DNA of 64,000 bases from an uncultured SAR86 cluster bacterium (GTDB lineage Bacteria > Pseudomonadota > Gammaproteobacteria > Magnimaribacterales > D2472): assembly GCA_902515155.1 (NCBI GenBank), contig CABXTT010000003.1:16-64015 (forward strand). Direction: 5' to 3'. The first letter of the stretch is position 1, and each line of letters starts with the position of its first letter. Below are positions 50,516 through 61,223 of the stretch, one piece after another. The notes below the pieces were generated by a model. It worked only from the letters and a program-made list of their open reading frames with translations, did not search any database and was not told the DNA's origin. A program made the translations under genes and the position numbers.

Positions 50516-51079
50516 ATGAATAAGAATGTCCTTAATGAAGATTCTTTGTTAATTAACAAAGCGCAAAATGGGGACGAAGGAGCTTTTAATTTTTTAATGA
50601 CAAAATATTATCCAAGAGTCTACGCCTCTTTATATTCTTTTACTAAATCTAAAGAAGATTCAGAAGATATTGCACAGCAAACCTTTGTGAAGGTCTGGCA
50701 ACAGATAAATAGTTTTAGAGGTGAGAGCGCTCTATTTACATGGATTTATAGGATAGCTATAAATTTAGCAAAGAATTATGTTGCAAGCTCTGCTTATAAG
50801 AAACAAAAAGTTAATATTTCATCTGATTCTGTAGAAATAGACTTCCCTTCATATGAAAATCCTGAAAATAGTCTTATGCATTTAGAGTCTCTTAACGGAA
50901 TAAAGTCTTATGTAAATCAGCTGCCTGAGTCTTTGAGGACTGCTTTTACATTAAGAGAAGTGGATGGAAAGAGTTATGAAGAAATCGCTAATATAACAAA
51001 TACTCCAATTGGGACAGTCAGATCTAGAATTTTTAGGGCTAGAGAAGGAGTCCTAGAATATATAGCGAAGGAGTTATAA
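50516..51079 (+). CDS. rpoE: ECF sigma factor RpoE
   Basis: FRGESALFTWIYRIAIN, PIGTVRSRIFRAR. Confidence 0.93.
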   Translation: MNKNVLNEDSLLINKAQNGDEGAFNFLMTKYYPRVYASLYSFTKSKEDSEDIAQQTFVKVWQQINSFRGESALFTWIYRIAINLAKNYVASSAYKKQKVNISSDSVEIDFPSYENPENSLMHLESLNGIKSYVNQLPESLRTAFTLREVDGKSYEEIANITNTPIGTVRSRIFRAREGVLEYIAKEL

Positions 51080-51081
51080 AA

Positions 51082-51768
51082 ATGGATAATAATAAAAATC
51101 TTGAAGAAAATTTATCAGCACTATTTGATGGAGAGCTTGATTCATCTGAAATACAAAATGTATTAGAATCAGTTTCTGAGAGAAAAGATTTACAAAAAAA
51201 ACTCTCAAATTATGGTCTTATAAGTTCTGCACTTAACCAAGATAATCCTAATGAAGTCTTTGTCGATCACAATAGGAATAAGCTAAATTATAATTTCTGG
51301 CTTTCTAATGGATTTACTGCGGCAGCTTCTATTTTGATAACTTTATTTTTTATCAATCAAGCAGAATTATCTCGGATGGGTGAAGACTATTCTGCAAAGA
51401 ATAAATTAGATTTAGCAATAAACAGTGAAGAAGCTAAAAATATTGTCAATATGACTGAAAATAATTTAGTTGATCACGTAATGAGCGTAATAAATAATCC
51501 TGATTTCATGAATACAACTCCTTATAGTATTGATTTAAAAAATGTGGGCTTTACTAGGCAACCTAACAATCAAAGAATATTTATGAGAGGCAATGAAAAC
51601 TTCACTTTACGCATTGAAAAAAAAGATTTAGGCCTTAAAAAAGTAAGGAACTGGAAACATGGGAATAAAACTATCTACTTAGTTCCTCTAGCTGATGGAA
51701 GAGTATTAACAATATATGGAAATATTGATACACAATCAGCATTAGCAGTAGCGAACACAATAAATTAA
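51082..51768 (+). CDS. rseA: Anti-sigmaE factor RseA with RseB-like C-terminal extension
   Basis: ENLSALFDGEL N-terminus, TM helix with AAAS, follows rpoE. Confidence 0.75.
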   Translation: MDNNKNLEENLSALFDGELDSSEIQNVLESVSERKDLQKKLSNYGLISSALNQDNPNEVFVDHNRNKLNYNFWLSNGFTAAASILITLFFINQAELSRMGEDYSAKNKLDLAINSEEAKNIVNMTENNLVDHVMSVINNPDFMNTTPYSIDLKNVGFTRQPNNQRIFMRGNENFTLRIEKKDLGLKKVRNWKHGNKTIYLVPLADGRVLTIYGNIDTQSALAVANTIN

Positions 51769-51785
51769 TAAGCTTTAAACATACT

Positions 51786-53189
51786 ATGAACAATATTAAA
51801 AAAATCTGTCTTTCAATTCTATTTTGTAATTTATTAATTTCAAATACTTTAATTGCTGCTTTGCCAGAAAATATATCTGAATTGGTTGATGAGTCGGCTC
51901 CAGCTGTAGTTAATGTAACGTCAAAAAAAGAAATAACACAAAGACAATCCTATGGTTATGGAGGAATCCCAGATGAAATGTTAGAACGATTTGGAATTCC
52001 AAGACAATATAGAGAGGCGCCAGAGCAAAAAAGAGAATCGGTATCTTATGGGTCTGGTTTTATTTTAAAAGACAATTATATACTTACGAACTTTCATGTT
52101 GTTGAAGATGCAACTGAAGTTGTTGTGTCTCTTTCAGACAGAAGAGAATATATTGCTGAAATCATTGGAGTTGACCCTCTCTCGGATTTGGCAGTTTTAA
52201 AAGTTAATGGAGAAAATCTCCCACAGGTAAAGGTTGGTGATAGCGATAAATTGAAGGTTGGTGACTGGGTTGTAGCCATTGGCTCTCCGTTTAGTTTTGA
52301 TTTTTCAGTTACAGCAGGAATAGTGAGTGCAAAAGGAAGAAGTATCCAAAACAATAATATTGGAAATTATGTTCCATTTCTTCAAACAGATGTAGCTATA
52401 AACCCAGGAAATTCTGGTGGCCCTTTATTTGATCTTAATGGAAATGTTGTTGGTATTAATTCTCAGATTTATTCAAGAAGTGGTGGTTATCAGGGTTTAG
52501 CTTTTGCAATACCAATGAATGTTGCTGTAGATGTAGCTGATCAAATTATTAGAAAAGGTGAGGTATCTAGAGGGTACCTAGGCGTTAGAATGAGTGAAGT
52601 TGACAGTGACTTGGCTGATGCATTAGGAATGAAAAAGCCTTATGGCGCCTTAATTAATGATGTGGAAGAGGGTGAGTCAGCAGATAATGCAGGACTGCTC
52701 CCAGGTGATGTCATTATAGAATTTAACAATAAAGAAATTAAATTTAGCTCTGATTTGCCTCATGTTGTTGGACAACTGGAGCCTAATTCAAGTGCTAGTG
52801 CACAAGTTATAAGAGATGGCGATGAAATAAAACTCGATTTTATTCTTGGAGAACTTCCAGTTAATAACGAATCATTTGTTCCTGCAAAATCTCAAACCTC
52901 ATCTGATCCAATTGGATTAAAAGTTGCAGATGTAGACAGAGATAATCCTAATATGTCTAATTTGCCTGATGGCGTGATTGTTTCTAGAGTAAATCCTGGC
53001 TCGCCTGCCTCAGGAAAAGTTACTAGAGGTGATTTGATTACCATGATTCAATACAAAGGTAAAAAGTTTGAAATTGATGATGTTGAATCTTTTGAAGAAG
53101 CGCTAGAAAATTTTTCTTCTGGTAATAAAGTTGCTTTTCATATCATCAGAAATGGCGGAAGGTTAATAAGGTCAATAACTATTAATTAA
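51786..53189 (+). CDS. DegP/MucD-family periplasmic serine protease
   Basis: GSGFI, TNFHV, SDLAVL, INPGNSGGP, two PDZ domains. Confidence 0.95.
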   Translation: MNNIKKICLSILFCNLLISNTLIAALPENISELVDESAPAVVNVTSKKEITQRQSYGYGGIPDEMLERFGIPRQYREAPEQKRESVSYGSGFILKDNYILTNFHVVEDATEVVVSLSDRREYIAEIIGVDPLSDLAVLKVNGENLPQVKVGDSDKLKVGDWVVAIGSPFSFDFSVTAGIVSAKGRSIQNNNIGNYVPFLQTDVAINPGNSGGPLFDLNGNVVGINSQIYSRSGGYQGLAFAIPMNVAVDVADQIIRKGEVSRGYLGVRMSEVDSDLADALGMKKPYGALINDVEEGESADNAGLLPGDVIIEFNNKEIKFSSDLPHVVGQLEPNSSASAQVIRDGDEIKLDFILGELPVNNESFVPAKSQTSSDPIGLKVADVDRDNPNMSNLPDGVIVSRVNPGSPASGKVTRGDLITMIQYKGKKFEIDDVESFEEALENFSSGNKVAFHIIRNGGRLIRSITIN

Positions 53190-53250
53190 TATTTAATAGA
53201 CTTTATTTACTCCAATATAGCTCCTATTGCCTGTAAAATAGCACTAACTT

Positions 53251-55038
53251 ATGAAAAATATTAGAAACTTTTCTGTAATAGCGCATATTGATCATGGCAA
53301 ATCAACGCTATCGGATAGATTAATTGAGTATTGTGGTGGTTTGACTGCACGAGAGATGTCTGAACAGATTCTTGATTCTATGGATATAGAAAGAGAGAGA
53401 GGAATAACCATTAAAGCCCAAGCAGTGACCTTAGAATACAAAAAAGCTGATACTGAATACCTATTAAATTTTATAGACACTCCAGGTCACGTAGATTTTT
53501 CTTACGAAGTTTCAAGATCTTTGTCAGCATGTGAAGGTGCTCTTTTAGTTGTAGACGGATCGCAAGGAGTTGAAGCGCAAACGCTTGCTAATTGCTATAC
53601 AGCTGTTGATCAAGGTTTAGAAGTTGTGCCAGTAATTAATAAAATTGATTTACCTCAATCTGAACCAGATAGAGTTAAAAAAGAAATAGAAGATATGATT
53701 GGTATTAATGCTGATTCTTCACCCTTGGTAAGTGCTAAAACCGGAGAGGGTATAGAGGAATTGTTAGATATGCTGATTACAGATATTCCTTCCCCCAAAG
53801 GTAATCCTGACTCTCCCCTTCAAGCATTGATTATTGATTCATGGTTCGATTCTTATTTAGGAGTAGTTTCGTTAGTAAGAATTAAAAACGGATCAATTAA
53901 AACTGGACAAAAGTTTAAAATACATTCAACAGGTCAAAGTCATAATGCTGATGAAATAGGAATATTTTCGCCAAAGAAAATAAAGAAGGATATTCTTTCA
54001 GCCGGAGAAGTTGGTTACTTAGTTGCAGGTATTAAAAACATTAAAGGTGCACCTGTGGGCGACACCATAGTTCAGTCAGGTGATGAAGTTACTATAGCAC
54101 TTCCAGGCTTTAAAAAAGTTAATCCAAAGGTATTCGCCTCAATGTTCACAGTAAATTCTGATGACTACGAAAGATTTCGAGACGCCTTATCTAAACTTAT
54201 TCTTAATGACTCATCCTTATTATATGAACCCGAGGTATCAGATGCTCTTGGTTTTGGTTTTAGATGTGGTTTTCTTGGGACTCTTCATATGGAGGTTATA
54301 AGAGAAAGACTTGAGAGAGAGTATGATTTAGATCTAATTTCAACTGCACCCTCTGTTGAATATGAGGTTTTAAAAAATGATGGAGCTATTATTAAATGTG
54401 ATAATCCGTCTCAACTCCCAGCCCCTAACGATATTAATGAAATTAGGGAGCCAATTGTAAACACTACCATTCTTACTCCAAATGAGTATGTCGGAAACGT
54501 AATTACATTATGCACAAGTAAAAGAGGTGTTCAAAAAGACATGACTTATTTTGGCAATCAAGTTTCAATAGTTTTTGAAATGCCATTATCCTCAGTTATT
54601 GTAGATTTTTTTGATCAGATTAAATCTTCAACAAAGGGCTTTGCATCTATCGAATATCAATTAATAGGATTTGTAAAATCAGATCTAACTAAAATAGATA
54701 TTTTAATCAATAATCAAAAGATTGATGCTCTATCCATGATCGTGCATAAATCTTTCTCAAATCAAAAAGCCAGAGAAATTGCAGCTAATCTTCAAAAGCT
54801 CATTCCAAGACAAATGTTCGATGTTCCAATACAAGTTGCATTGGGTTCAAAAATAATTTCTAGAGAAACTGTAAAAGCCTTAAGAAAAAATGTAACCGCT
54901 AAATGCTATGGTGGTGATATAACAAGAAAAAAGAAATTGCTTGAAAAGCAAAAAGATGGAAAAAAGAAAATGAAACAGTTTGGTAAGGTATCTATCCCAC
55001 AAGACGCATTCTTAAATTACTTTAAATCTGGAGAATAG
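53251..55038 (+). CDS. lepA: Elongation factor 4
   Basis: [36 protein letters not shown]. Confidence 0.98.
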   Translation: MKNIRNFSVIAHIDHGKSTLSDRLIEYCGGLTAREMSEQILDSMDIERERGITIKAQAVTLEYKKADTEYLLNFIDTPGHVDFSYEVSRSLSACEGALLVVDGSQGVEAQTLANCYTAVDQGLEVVPVINKIDLPQSEPDRVKKEIEDMIGINADSSPLVSAKTGEGIEELLDMLITDIPSPKGNPDSPLQALIIDSWFDSYLGVVSLVRIKNGSIKTGQKFKIHSTGQSHNADEIGIFSPKKIKKDILSAGEVGYLVAGIKNIKGAPVGDTIVQSGDEVTIALPGFKKVNPKVFASMFTVNSDDYERFRDALSKLILNDSSLLYEPEVSDALGFGFRCGFLGTLHMEVIRERLEREYDLDLISTAPSVEYEVLKNDGAIIKCDNPSQLPAPNDINEIREPIVNTTILTPNEYVGNVITLCTSKRGVQKDMTYFGNQVSIVFEMPLSSVIVDFFDQIKSSTKGFASIEYQLIGFVKSDLTKIDILINNQKIDALSMIVHKSFSNQKAREIAANLQKLIPRQMFDVPIQVALGSKIISRETVKALRKNVTAKCYGGDITRKKKLLEKQKDGKKKMKQFGKVSIPQDAFLNYFKSGE

Positions 55039-55040
55039 TT

Positions 55041-55988
55041 TTGTTATCCGACCCAATTTTTATACTTTCTGTAATTGGAATGTCCTCGTGTGTAATTTTC
55101 TGGATGAAAGATACAATTAAATCTTCTGAGGAAGAAAATTTCATAACAAGTAATATATCTACAGTTGCTACCTTATTTGGATTGATGATGCTTTACAGTA
55201 TTTTTATAAATGCTGGTGATTTAGGAATTATTCTTTTTATAGGTTCGATCATTGCTTTTTTAGTTTTAGTGGTTGGAGTTGTTATTGGTAACTCATCCAT
55301 TATTCAAACTTCAAGAGGTTACTTTATTCCAATTTTTTTGATTTTTGTTCTACGCACATTTATTTACGAGCCATATCAGATTCCAAGCGGTTCTATGCTG
55401 CCAGGACTGCAAAAGGGAGACTTTTTAGTAGTTAACAAAAACTCTTATGGACTAAAAGTTAATAGAACTGGTAAATCCTTCGTTATTAAAAATGATCCTA
55501 AATATGGCGATGTTGTTGTTTTTATACCGCCTCATAATCCTGTTCCTTATGTCAAAAGATTAATTGGCATGCCAGGAGATTCAGTAAGAATAATAAATAA
55601 ACAAATTTTTATTAATGGAAAGGCTATCAGTAGGGAGTTTATCGAAACAGAAACTACAACAATTACAAAAAGATATAGAGACAGCTCAGGAAATATCACG
55701 ACCCGCGATATGGATGTAACCATTGACCTTTATCTTGAAGAACATGGTAATAAAAAATATATAACCAGAAACATAAGAGGAGAAAATATTCAATATCCCT
55801 CAGAGTGGACAATACCATCGAATCATTACTTTGTTATGGGAGATAATAGAGATAACTCTAATGACAGTACAAAAGATGTAGGGTTTGTTCCTCGAGATAA
55901 TTTTTTTGGAGAGGCTGATTATCTTTTCATGACATGGGAGTGTTGGACTTGCATGCCATATTTTTCTAGAGTTGGTAAGATTAATTAA
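55041..55988 (+). CDS. lepB: Signal peptidase I
   Basis: IPSGSMLP, YVKRLIGMPGD, MGDNRDNSND. Confidence 0.94.
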   Translation: MLSDPIFILSVIGMSSCVIFWMKDTIKSSEEENFITSNISTVATLFGLMMLYSIFINAGDLGIILFIGSIIAFLVLVVGVVIGNSSIIQTSRGYFIPIFLIFVLRTFIYEPYQIPSGSMLPGLQKGDFLVVNKNSYGLKVNRTGKSFVIKNDPKYGDVVVFIPPHNPVPYVKRLIGMPGDSVRIINKQIFINGKAISREFIETETTTITKRYRDSSGNITTRDMDVTIDLYLEEHGNKKYITRNIRGENIQYPSEWTIPSNHYFVMGDNRDNSNDSTKDVGFVPRDNFFGEADYLFMTWECWTCMPYFSRVGKIN

Positions 55989-56650
55989 TGTCATACAATG
56001 ATTTAGAAAAATATATTTCCTACAAATTTAAGAATATTGAATTACTAGACCAGGCACTAACTCATAAAAGTTATGACAATAAATTAAATAATGAAAGACT
56101 CGAATTTCTTGGTGATTCTTTATTAAATGCAGTAATTTCTCATTATCTATACCAAAGATTTTCTAATGAAAAAGAAGGACTCTTAACTAGAATGAGAGCC
56201 CAATTAGTCAAAGCTGAAACGCTTACTCAAAAAGCAGAAGATTTGGGACTTCAAGAGCATATTAAATTATCAAAGGGCACAGCTAATCTATCAAAAGACC
56301 GAAAAAACTCAATTCTTGAAGATGCTTTTGAGGCTGTTATTGGAGCAATTTTCATTGATAGTGGTTGGGATATAACAAATTCAACTATCTTAAACCTTTA
56401 TAAAAAAGAGCTTGCTGCACTATCTTCTGATATGACTTTTAAAGATTCAAAAACAGAACTGCAAGAATATCTGCAATCTATAAAATTAAATCCTCCAGAT
56501 TATGTTATTAAAGATTTAGGTAGAGATGGCTTTAATTGTAGTATAAATTTTAAAGATAATATTTTTAACTCAATTGGAACATCAAAGCGCTCGGCTGAAA
56601 CTAAGGCAGCTTCATTGGTTCTTAAATTTATCAAGGAAAATAATGAGTAA
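55988..56650 (+). CDS. rnc: Ribonuclease III
   Basis: NERLEFLGD, DAFEAVIGAIF, KTELQE. Confidence 0.95.
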   Translation: MSYNDLEKYISYKFKNIELLDQALTHKSYDNKLNNERLEFLGDSLLNAVISHYLYQRFSNEKEGLLTRMRAQLVKAETLTQKAEDLGLQEHIKLSKGTANLSKDRKNSILEDAFEAVIGAIFIDSGWDITNSTILNLYKKELAALSSDMTFKDSKTELQEYLQSIKLNPPDYVIKDLGRDGFNCSINFKDNIFNSIGTSKRSAETKAASLVLKFIKENNE

Positions 56651-57548
56651 GAAATATTGTGGCTATATTTCTATAATTGGAAAACCTAATGTCGGCAAAT
56701 CCACAATTCTTAATCATATACTTGGAAAAAAAATATCAATTACCTCAAGAAAGGCACAGACCACAAGAAATAATATTTTAGGTATAAAAACGGTAAAGAA
56801 TAAACAAATGATTTTTGCAGATACTCCTGGAATGCACATTAAATCTCCCAAGGTAATGAATAAGGTTTTAAATAGATCAGCGCAAAGCTTAATTGATGAT
56901 TCCGATCTTATTCTATTTGTTGTTCAAAGACTGACTTTGGACGGACAAGATTTATCTGTTTTAGAAAAACTTAAGGAAGCAGATGCCAAAGTTATTTGCG
57001 TAGTTAATAAAATAGATCAAATAGAGGACAAAAATAAATTGTTACCATTGATTTCAAGACTTGCAGATAAATATAATTTTTTAGATATTATTCCAATTTC
57101 TGCTATCAATAATGATGGTATTAATAATCTAGAGGAGCTTATTCAAAAATACTTACCTGAAAATAATCATATCTATGGTGAAGAGGAGATTCAAAGCAAA
57201 CACAAAGACTTATTTATGGTATCTGAGTTAATAAGAGAAAAGATAATACGAATGCTTGGAGATGAGCTACCTCATGATACTTTTGTCCAGGTTGAGTTGA
57301 TGGAAGATGAGGATTTAATACTCAAAATTCATGCGGCAATTTATGTTGTGAGAGAAAGTCAGAAACAAATTGTAATTGGTAAAGGGGGCGCAACTTTAAA
57401 AAAAATTGGCCAGCAGGCCAGATTGGAACTTGAAGATTATTTTAATAAAAAAGTTTTTCTTAAAACATGGGTAAAAGTCAAAAAAAATTGGAATACTGAT
57501 TCAGATTACATCCAAAGCCTGGGAGTGGGTGGAAGCTATGAATCATAG
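56643..57548 (+). CDS. era: GTPase Era
   Basis: GKPNVGKST, DTPG, NKID, VIGKGG. Confidence 0.96.
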   Translation: MSKKYCGYISIIGKPNVGKSTILNHILGKKISITSRKAQTTRNNILGIKTVKNKQMIFADTPGMHIKSPKVMNKVLNRSAQSLIDDSDLILFVVQRLTLDGQDLSVLEKLKEADAKVICVVNKIDQIEDKNKLLPLISRLADKYNFLDIIPISAINNDGINNLEELIQKYLPENNHIYGEEEIQSKHKDLFMVSELIREKIIRMLGDELPHDTFVQVELMEDEDLILKIHAAIYVVRESQKQIVIGKGGATLKKIGQQARLELEDYFNKKVFLKTWVKVKKNWNTDSDYIQSLGVGGSYES

Positions 57549-58233
57549 CGACTGGGACGAATGTTTTATTCTTCATCAGAGATCTCATGGTGAAACTAGC
57601 TTAATTGCTGAAATATTCAGTAAAAAAAATGGCAAAATGTCAGTAATAGCAAAAGGTGCAAAGAAACCAAAATCGAAATTTTTTGGCTACTTGGCATTAT
57701 TTACAAAATTAAAGGTTACTTACTCTGGGAGGTCTGAGCTAAAGACTCTAACCAATGTAGATAGAGATTTTTCTAAAACAAGCAATAGTTTTTCAAAAAC
57801 TAGTTATAGTCTTCTTTATATAAATGAACTTTTAATAAGATTATTGCCAAAAGATGCCCAACAGGAAGACTTATTTATACTCTACGAAAATTTCTTAATG
57901 AAGATTATTCAAGGAGATGAGCTTGAGGTAACCCTTAGGCACTTCGAGTTAGATCTTTTAGATATGCTTGGTTATGGATTAGACTTTGAGAGCGATATCG
58001 ATAACCATCAAGACATAGTTCCTTCAAAAAAATACTCCTTCATTCCTGAAAGAGGTTTTAGAGAATCTAAAGATTCAGACTTTACCGGCGAAGACATAAT
58101 CAATATTAGAACAAGAGACTTGAATAAAGTATCAAAAAAGTATCTTAAACACTTGACCCAAACTGCTATTCATTTTTGCTTAGATGGAAGAGATCTTGCA
58201 AGCAGAGATATTTTTAAAAGAATGACATCATGA
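57538..58233 (+). CDS. recO: DNA repair protein RecO
   Basis: FILHQRSHGETS, IAKGA, LYINELL, LRHFELDLL; follows era. Confidence 0.9.
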   Translation: MNHSDWDECFILHQRSHGETSLIAEIFSKKNGKMSVIAKGAKKPKSKFFGYLALFTKLKVTYSGRSELKTLTNVDRDFSKTSNSFSKTSYSLLYINELLIRLLPKDAQQEDLFILYENFLMKIIQGDELEVTLRHFELDLLDMLGYGLDFESDIDNHQDIVPSKKYSFIPERGFRESKDSDFTGEDIINIRTRDLNKVSKKYLKHLTQTAIHFCLDGRDLASRDIFKRMTS

Positions 58234-58607
58234 TTTTTGGTATTGGAACCGATCTTGTTGATATATCTAGATTTAAAAAAATGAAAAGCCTAAATAATTT
58301 TGCTAAAAAGACTTTATCTAATAATGAATTAAGAATATTTAATACTTTAAAAGAATCAAATAAAGCCTCGTATCTTGCCAAACAGTTTGCTGGAAAAGAA
58401 GCAATATCAAAGGCTTTTGGTACTGGATTCTCTAAACCAGTTTTAATTAAAGATATAGAAATACTAAGAAATGAGAAAGGAAAGCCAATTTTTAATCCCT
58501 TAGGCAACATTAAAAAGGAGATTTTAAATTTGGGAATTGCAAAAACCCATGTTAGTCTTTCAGACGAAAAAAATTATGCAGTAGCTTTTGCTATATTGGA
58601 AGTATGA
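58230..58607 (+). CDS. acpS: Holo-ACP synthase
   Basis: GIGTDLV, FAGKEA, GKP, HVSLSDE. Confidence 0.93.
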   Translation: MIFGIGTDLVDISRFKKMKSLNNFAKKTLSNNELRIFNTLKESNKASYLAKQFAGKEAISKAFGTGFSKPVLIKDIEILRNEKGKPIFNPLGNIKKEILNLGIAKTHVSLSDEKNYAVAFAILEV

Positions 58608-59248
58608 AAAATATTATTTTATTAGGCCCACCAGGCGCTGGCAAAGGAACCCAAGCAGATTTAATTTGTGATCTTTGTAATATACCAAAAATTAGCACTG
58701 GAGATATGCTGAGAGAAGCTGTGGCTTCTGGAAGTGAATTTGGAAAAAAAGTTTCTAATATTTTGGATACTGGAGGTCTAGTTTCAGATGAAATTATTGC
58801 TTCTTTAATTGAGGATAGACTTTCAAAGCCAGATTGTAAAAATGGTTCACTTTTTGATGGCGTTCCAAGAACCTTGGGACAAGCTTCTGCCTTATCTGAT
58901 ATGAAAATAAATTTCACCCATGTAATTGAGATTAGCGTAAATGACGAAATGATAGTAAATCGAATGTCAGGAAGAAGAGTTCATCCTGGATCAGGTAGAA
59001 ACTATCACATAGACTTTAATCCACCTCTAGTAGAAGATTGTGATGACAAATCAGGCGAAGCCTTAATACAAAGAGAAGATGATAAGCCAGAAACTGTTTT
59101 AAAAAGATTAAGCGTCTATCACGAGCAAACTAAACCCTTATCTGATTTTTACAATGATCAATCCTTAAACAATAAGCTCAAATATATAAAGGTTGACGGG
59201 TCTCAAGAAGTAAAAAAAGTATTTCAAGATATATCTAGCCAAATATAA
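58604..59248 (+). CDS. adk: Adenylate kinase
   Basis: GPPGAGKGTQ, STGDMLR, DGVPRT, QREDD. Confidence 0.97.
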   Translation: MKNIILLGPPGAGKGTQADLICDLCNIPKISTGDMLREAVASGSEFGKKVSNILDTGGLVSDEIIASLIEDRLSKPDCKNGSLFDGVPRTLGQASALSDMKINFTHVIEISVNDEMIVNRMSGRRVHPGSGRNYHIDFNPPLVEDCDDKSGEALIQREDDKPETVLKRLSVYHEQTKPLSDFYNDQSLNNKLKYIKVDGSQEVKKVFQDISSQI

Positions 59249-59253
59249 AATTC

Positions 59254-59685
59254 ATGAAAGTTTTAGCGATTCAAAGCTCTGGAGATCAGACCTCTATTTG
59301 TCTAATTCATAATGATGATCTCTTAACCTTTTCACAGAAACATCAAAGAAAAAAAAGGCCGGATTGGAACAATATGCTAATTAACTTGGGGCTAAACAAA
59401 TTATTTAATATAGATGAGATCTGTTTATTTGCTTTTGCAAATAGTTCAAGCTCATATACGGCAACTAGAAGTATTGCGACCTACATGAAAGGCTTAGCGG
59501 TAGCACTAAAAAAACCATTAATAGCAGTATCATCTGATGATATTGATGAATTGTATGCAGATTCGATTGCAAAACTTGCTTTACTTGAATATGAAAACTC
59601 TGGATTAAATTCAGAAATGTTTAATCCTAAAAATGCCAACCCAATATATTCACAAGAACTTCAATACAAAAAAGTAAATGAATGA
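59254..59685 (+). CDS. tsaB: Shortened, divergent TsaB
   Basis: MKVLAIQSS, SSYTATR in place of GSFTGxR, GLAVALKKPLIAVS, C-terminal PIY; follows adk. Confidence 0.7.
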   Translation: MKVLAIQSSGDQTSICLIHNDDLLTFSQKHQRKKRPDWNNMLINLGLNKLFNIDEICLFAFANSSSSYTATRSIATYMKGLAVALKKPLIAVSSDDIDELYADSIAKLALLEYENSGLNSEMFNPKNANPIYSQELQYKKVNE

Positions 59686-60469
59686 TTTGCTATTAGGATT
59701 TGTATTGGGTGTTATTCAGGGATTAACAGAATTTTTACCAGTATCAAGCTCAGCTCATCTTTTATTTCCATCATTAATATTTGGTTCAAATGATTTAGGT
59801 TTAGCATTCGATATTGTTGTCCATGCTGGGACTTTATGTGCAGTTATTTTCTTTTTTAAAAAGGAGATCATATCTATGATCAAATCTTTGTTAAAAAATA
59901 ATACTAATCTTAAAGAAGACAAGAGATTAGCTTTACTTTTAATAGCAGCAACACTTCCTATAGTTATTTTTGGTTATTTGGGTTCAGATTTAATTCAAAA
60001 TAATAGAAGTAATATCTCAAGCATCGCATGGATGAATTTAATATTCGCTGCACTTTTACTTGTTGCTTATAAGCTAAATTCTAATAATAAAAATTTAATA
60101 CAATTAACACTTGTTGGCGCGCTTTGTATTGGGTTTTTCCAAGTATTTTCTCTTTTACCAGGTGCCTCTAGATCTGGGACTGCTATTACTGCAGCTCTTT
60201 TTGTTGGCTTAAATCTGAAAGATGCATCTAAGTTTTCATTTATGCTTGCAATACCCACAATTCTGGGTGCAATGATTTTCTTAATTGGTGACTTCTTTAC
60301 TTCAGACATTAGTCTCAACTTATCAGTTCTATTAATTGGATTTTTTTCATCTTCAATTTTTGCATTTCTAACAATAAAATATTTTTTAGCTTTTGTTGAG
60401 CAAATTGGAATGTATCCCTTTGTATTTTATAGAGTCGCCCTCGGTATAACTTTGCTTCTATTAATATGA
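59678..60469 (+). CDS. uppP: Undecaprenyl-diphosphate phosphatase
   Basis: QGLTEFLPVSSSAH, PGASRSG. Confidence 0.95.
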   Translation: MNDLLLGFVLGVIQGLTEFLPVSSSAHLLFPSLIFGSNDLGLAFDIVVHAGTLCAVIFFFKKEIISMIKSLLKNNTNLKEDKRLALLLIAATLPIVIFGYLGSDLIQNNRSNISSIAWMNLIFAALLLVAYKLNSNNKNLIQLTLVGALCIGFFQVFSLLPGASRSGTAITAALFVGLNLKDASKFSFMLAIPTILGAMIFLIGDFFTSDISLNLSVLLIGFFSSSIFAFLTIKYFLAFVEQIGMYPFVFYRVALGITLLLLI

Positions 60470-61200
60470 GTTGTGTTATATATCTAGATTCTATTGAAAA
60501 AAAAGAAGAACTAAACAAAATTTCGGAATACTTGCATTTTGAAATAGTAAATAAAATGCCTGTCAAAGGAGCATTTCTTGATATTAAGGACAATGGCTTA
60601 TGCTTTACTCTAAACTCAGAAGATCCTTCTAATTATTTAAATATTGATTTTCTATCAGGCTCGATGGGATGGAGACTTAAGAGAGCAGATCACGAAAGGT
60701 TGTTAAAAAAAACGCTAGGAAAGAATATAGGTACATTAAAAATTTTTGACGGTACCGCAGGCTTCTTGTCCGATGCAATGATTTTTCTTGCACAAGGTCA
60801 CAAGATCATAGCTTGCGAACAAAGTAAGATAGTATACCTTCTTGTGCAAGACGCATTAGCTAGAGCAATAGGCAAAATACCATACCTACAAAATTTAGAA
60901 TTTTTAAATGATAACTCTATAGAGGCTTTCAAAAAATTAAATAACATTGATTTAGTTTACTTAGATCCTATGTATCCAGAGACTAAAAAGAAAGCTTTAG
61001 GCTCTGGAAATATTAATTTAATAAAAAATATTTTAGCAATAGAAAAAATTGAAAATAAAGGAGATTTACTTTTTCATGATTTTAAAAAACTTGACTATAA
61101 AAAAATTGTTTTAAAAAGACCTATAAAAGCTAATAAAATAGATTTAAATATTAACTATCAAGTTAAAGGAAAGTCTACTAGATACGATATCTATATATAA
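60466..61200 (+). CDS. rsmJ: 16S rRNA m2G1516 methyltransferase
   Basis: DGTAGFLSDA, VYLDPMYP, VLKRP, GKSTRYDIY. Confidence 0.88.
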   Translation: MSCVIYLDSIEKKEELNKISEYLHFEIVNKMPVKGAFLDIKDNGLCFTLNSEDPSNYLNIDFLSGSMGWRLKRADHERLLKKTLGKNIGTLKIFDGTAGFLSDAMIFLAQGHKIIACEQSKIVYLLVQDALARAIGKIPYLQNLEFLNDNSIEAFKKLNNIDLVYLDPMYPETKKKALGSGNINLIKNILAIEKIENKGDLLFHDFKKLDYKKIVLKRPIKANKIDLNINYQVKGKSTRYDIYI

Positions 61201-61223
61201 TAACTACACTACTTGGAGAACAA

